Shown piece after piece: positions 59,862 through 64,000 of a DNA stretch of 64,000 nucleotides. The notes beneath the pieces were generated by a model. The model made no database searches. It was given only the letters and a program-made list of their open reading frames with translations, and was not told the origin of the DNA. Source of the DNA: Psammoneis japonica. Lineage: Eukaryota. Made by a program: the position numbers and the translations under genes. Where the stretch lies: the NCBI GenBank assembly GCA_008632985.1, contig QPGO01000185.1:1-64000 (forward strand), in the 5' to 3' direction. Each line of letters begins with the position of its first letter. Position 1 is the stretch's first letter.

Positions 59862-61203
59862 CTACAGGAACGCAATAACATCAAACAAAGGAAAACTAAT
59901 GAGAAAGAATCTGGTATCATCAAGATCCAAAACATGCAAAGAGAGAGGCTTACCTAGCACAAAGGCCTCGTATGCGACGCAAACCAGGTGCCACCTGAGA
60001 TCGAGACTCGCGGTTTGGGCAGCCATGGTGAAGAGGCGGAAAATCATGAGAATCAGTCCATCGCCGATAGCCTGTGCCTTCCAAATCATGCGGCACTTGA
60101 TTTCTCCGCTGCCATCGGCTCCATAACGAATGAAAAAGGCTGAAACAAACTTGTACACGCATCCAATCAAATGTGCAACGCGAGAAGTTGCGACACAAAC
60201 TTGTCACCGACGTAGAGAGGGGCCTCTAGACCCTGCTCGACGTCCTCTGGAGAATTGCGAGGCGGTGAGTGAAAGAACGCTCCTGTCCATTCGAGGTAAA
60301 TGTCGTCGCGGGGGATGAAACCCATAATGTGTCCCGGAAAGAAAAGATCTCGAAAGAAAATAACAGCCAAAAATCCAGAGACAAGAGTTACCGTCTTTGT
60401 AACGATTCGACTTGGTACAGAAGAAGGGGATTTACCTTCTGGGAGGGCAACAGCGACCTTGGAAGCATCGTACTTTCGATAGAGCGAAAAGTAAAGGATT
60501 GCCAGCGACTCGAGTGCAAGCAAGCCGCACGAAATTATGGCCATACCGTTGGCCCCAGCGGCAGCTAGATCTTCCATATAAACGGTATAAAACAGCATAG
60601 TTGCAATGTTTCCGAGAAAAGCGGTAAGAAAGAGAGGTTTAAAGTGTCCCATGTTCCACTGAGCCCCAGCCGGATGAAATAAAAGAGGAAGAAGCTTCTG
60701 CGTCTGAACCGCAAGAACTGCAACACCGGCGAGTTTACGCACAAAGAGACCTCCCATGTTGTTTGCATCGGTCGTATATCCCGCAATGCTACTAGGCCTC
60801 CTTGACTAGATTTCCATCCTTTTGAGTCGTCAAAGAACACGGTAGACTTGGTAAAGAGCTGCATCATTATGGCAAGAGCGCAGAATCAGGAAACATTCCA
60901 AATGCATCGTCAAAGCAACAACCCCAGCATAGCACTCACCTGCATGGCTTCATCCCACTGACCACCAATGATACGACCGGTTGCAAAAACATCTCGGAAA
61001 GCCAGAACCCACAATACGCCGGAGCAAAGGAGAACAACGAACACAAAAGGCAAAGGTGCCAAGTGCTCCTTTGCGAGATCAACAACGTTTGTGGGCTTAG
61101 AGGAGCTATCTGCGGTTTTCCCCCGTTGCTCGGAAGAACCTTCACCTTTTGCACCACGCTTTGCTACATCCGTCGACTGCTTTTGTCTTCTCCGGGCTGC
61201 CAT
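59862..61203 (-). CDS. Hypothetical multi-pass membrane protein
   Basis: Chain of hydrophobic ORFs 61203-60940, 60867-60565, 60757-60167 and 60170-59862. Intron near 60866-60940. Confidence 0.7.
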
Positions 61204-61483
61204 TGTCGCCAATATATGATGCTTGCTTTTGCTTCAAACGTTCTGTGAGACCATTGTCTGATTTCTCAGAAATTATTGAGATTTGGGCCCGATTGTCATT
61301 TTTTGTACGCTAGATTAGTACCATTTTCATGTACGTAGGATTCCAGTATTGATTCTACGAAAATTTCAAATTTCTCCCTCTAACGCCAACCTCTCATTTT
61401 TTCGCTTTTTCGCAACTTCTTCTCTGGCTTCTTTTGTTGTGAACAACTTAAACAATGTTGGTTTACAACCGTACTCTTCGTTG

Positions 61484-63013
61484 ATGAGTCGCCAGCTTCT
61501 ACGATTACGTCGCGCATTACCAACGTTACGCCAAGGCGCTACACTTTCGATTCGGTCGTCATACCCGCAAAAGATTCGAGTCCATGTGATCCCAGAATGG
61601 CGAGCGGACGGTCACGTTGTTCTCGTGCAACCGCCGGGTAGTGGGCCGAGTGCTTATGCAACAATTGTTGAGGAAAAGGACATGCTCACGTCCATGGGAA
61701 GAATTGAGCCTCATGTATCTGTGCATGTAGGCCTTGATGGCAACCAGGAGCTGGTAGAGGATGACCCCGCAGACGACAACAACAACAACAACAACGAGTC
61801 TTTTGGTTTTTGCGACATTCTGACGTTGACTGCAACAGTTCCAGAAAAGATCAATCTAAAATGCGACTTGCCAAACGGGGGAGACGTATCGGTATCAAAC
61901 AAAATTGAAGGTGACATCCATATAAATACTGCTGATGGAGACATAACAGTGAAAAAGCTTCGTGGTCACGCTGTGAACCTTGCGACGGCAGGACGAAAAA
62001 ATGTCATCTACGTTTCCAGTGCACTGGAGGCCAAGAGTTTAAACATTTCCACTCCGGGACGAGTACGTGCGAAACGTATTCTAGGAGAGAGTATCAATAT
62101 TGAGGTTGTGGAGCAAGAGGCAGTCTCAAAGGAGTTGCTTGACGCGCGGCTCCTGCGAACCATGGACGATGATGATCAAGGCGCAGTCATTGATGTTAGC
62201 TCCCTTTACGCCTCGGGTACCGGCGATGCGCATTTAGCAGCAATTCTAAGCAGAGAAATGCAGGAAGGCCAGAGGGCAGTAAGGGTCAAGTCCAGCCATG
62301 GTCATGTTTCCGTCTTGACTAGACTTTTGTCGAGTACTTGTGATAATGCCGACACACCCATTGTTGCACTTGGCGGCGTGAACGGTAGCTGTGACGTTTC
62401 CGTGGAAGGCGCCACACAGAGTCATGTTGCCGGTGAGGTTCATTTCGATAGCCTATCTCCGGGCTCTGTGAATGTAGTGAGCGCTGATGCTGGCAATCTT
62501 TCCACTTCATTTGCTCAATCGGTGGTTTCTGATGTTCGACTAGCGTCCAGTCCATACATTACAACTATCGATGCGAGAGAGACATTGGTCGATGCCGACA
62601 ATCCAGAAGACGTCGCTAGTGTTTTGAAAGAGCTTGGAGAATCAATTACCACAGAACTTGGAAAAAATACACTGGATGGCTCAAAGATTTCGATACAGAC
62701 TAGTTCATTCTCGAATCGCCCAAAGCTCTGTTGCAGCTTGGAGAAGTCAAACGGAATTCTAGAGTACGTAGACGGATGGGTAGAGGACTCAGAAGGGGAA
62801 AAGGATACTGGTCACGGTGGCAAGATTAGAATTGACAATGCTGCAGCCCAAGCGCTCCACGGATTTTCCAAATCCGAAAGTGTTGCAGAGAATGGTAGTC
62901 GTCCGCTTGTCGTTGTTGCTACCAATGGACGAATTGCCGTTGATGTCATGAACTGGGTATCAAGTGTTGCGCGACGCTTCGGCATGAATATAAAAGAAGG
63001 GATACATAGATGA
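61484..63013 (+). CDS. DUF4097/FAM185-like beta-repeat protein with an Arg-rich, mitochondrial-type presequence
   Basis: MSRQLLRLRRALPTLR N-terminus. ATVPEKINL..GGDVSVSNKIEGDIHINTADGDITVKKLRG and VKSSHGHV. Confidence 0.7.
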   Translation: MSRQLLRLRRALPTLRQGATLSIRSSYPQKIRVHVIPEWRADGHVVLVQPPGSGPSAYATIVEEKDMLTSMGRIEPHVSVHVGLDGNQELVEDDPADDNNNNNNESFGFCDILTLTATVPEKINLKCDLPNGGDVSVSNKIEGDIHINTADGDITVKKLRGHAVNLATAGRKNVIYVSSALEAKSLNISTPGRVRAKRILGESINIEVVEQEAVSKELLDARLLRTMDDDDQGAVIDVSSLYASGTGDAHLAAILSREMQEGQRAVRVKSSHGHVSVLTRLLSSTCDNADTPIVALGGVNGSCDVSVEGATQSHVAGEVHFDSLSPGSVNVVSADAGNLSTSFAQSVVSDVRLASSPYITTIDARETLVDADNPEDVASVLKELGESITTELGKNTLDGSKISIQTSSFSNRPKLCCSLEKSNGILEYVDGWVEDSEGEKDTGHGGKIRIDNAAAQALHGFSKSESVAENGSRPLVVVATNGRIAVDVMNWVSSVARRFGMNIKEGIHR

Positions 63014-63713
63014 GGTGAAGAGTATCTGTGTATCCATTCGCGATGAAGATTGAAGATCGGGGATCTTGGGCTAGATCTCGAGAAGTCCAAAAAAGCGCTT
63101 GAAAGATCCAAGTAGGTAGAGTGCGGGAGAGTATGAAATAGAACGTCTCTTCTACTTCTGCTATGGTAAAAGGTAAAACTATCTTTTGAACTAACTGCTC
63201 TACGGTATCACAGTATAACTACTGTAACTTGGCATCTCTGCATTGGCGGATGACACTCATGGTCCGACCCTATGTACAGAAATTTCTGCAACGTCAAAAG
63301 CGAGGCCTCGACATTATTTGTTTATATTCAGATTCATATGTTTCAAAATCACTCAAAGTAACTATGGACTTGAAGATGTTTTTTTAAAATATGATATACA
63401 TAGTAATATTTTGAATGAATTTATTAGATCATTTATGATTTTGTACAAAGACTCGTACGCTATGGAATGTACCTACGATCACCTGTAGATCGGACAGATT
63501 GTTTTCGTGCAAAAAATCACACGACCGCGCGGCGGCTGGCATTTCCTCCGCGCCGCACCCCCGCAATGGACAACGGAGACTGACTTGTGGAGCGCTCCTT
63601 CTTGCGACGTCATTCAAGGCATCAAGCTTCCAAGAAAAGAGAGACTGACTAAAGGATTACCTGATATACTAGTTTGACCACAAGGTTGATCGAAAGCTCA
63701 CTTATCTTCAGCA

Positions 63714-64000
63714 ATGGACGTGTCGGTGGTCGCAGCTGTCGGGTCGTTTGTGGTTTCAGAGAGGGTACTCCGACCCAAGGCTACTATTCTTGTCATTCTT
63801 GGCTGTGTACTGTGTTACGACTTGACGACAAAGACGCATGATCCCTCCAGTTTAAGGGTTTATCGAGGTAGGTCATTCACCGTCACGTTTTTACGGGCTG
63901 AAAAAGAAAGAAAAATCTCACAAAACGCATTTTCCTATTCTAGGTCCTTCTTTGCTTGCGTTTACGCTAATGTGCTGTGCATACTCACTGAGAGTGTGGA
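63714..64000 (+). CDS. Possible 5' end of a further gene, truncated by the window
   Basis: ATG at 63714, hydrophobic short ORF, GT..AG intron-like segment at about 63868-63943. The frame is interrupted. Confidence 0.3.
   Translation, partial: MDVSVVAAVGSFVVSERVLRPKATILVILGCVLCYDLTTKTHDPSSLRVYRGRSFTVTFLRAEKERKISQNAFSYSRSFFACVYANVLCILTESV

Overview
Eukaryotic DNA, most likely a diatom (inferred from gene content and short GT-AG introns). Compact gene clusters (about 4.7-28.3 kb, 32.3-40.7 kb and 57.5-64 kb) alternate with three blocks of decayed repeat DNA (about 1-4535, 29320-32120 and 40935-57240). Recognisable genes are ORC5, a TBC1D22/Gyp1-type Rab GAP, GOT1, SUA5, a histidine-phosphatase/PGAM protein, a HAD hydrolase with a multiplied cap domain, a Cache-type receptor, a large TSET/TTRAY-like WD40 protein with LamG-like and clathrin-propeller-like modules, and a tRNA-Ala(CGC). 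The main result is that the repeat blocks are almost free of TpA and poor in CpG, with both converted to TpG/CpA. Four internal controls give the direction TA->CA/TG and CG->TG/CA: a tRNA versus its decayed copies, an interstitial TTAGGG array, paired repeat copies, and the catalytic codons of a Crypton-type tyrosine recombinase. This suggests a repeat-targeted, RIP-like hypermutation process that includes A:T->G:C changes at TpA, the opposite of fungal RIP. It fades near genes and spares an island around the tRNA. Upstream intergenic regions show the mirror image, TpA-saturated islands. Many genes carry 1-bp frameshifts that look like assembly errors. All counts are by eye and all homology calls are from memory.
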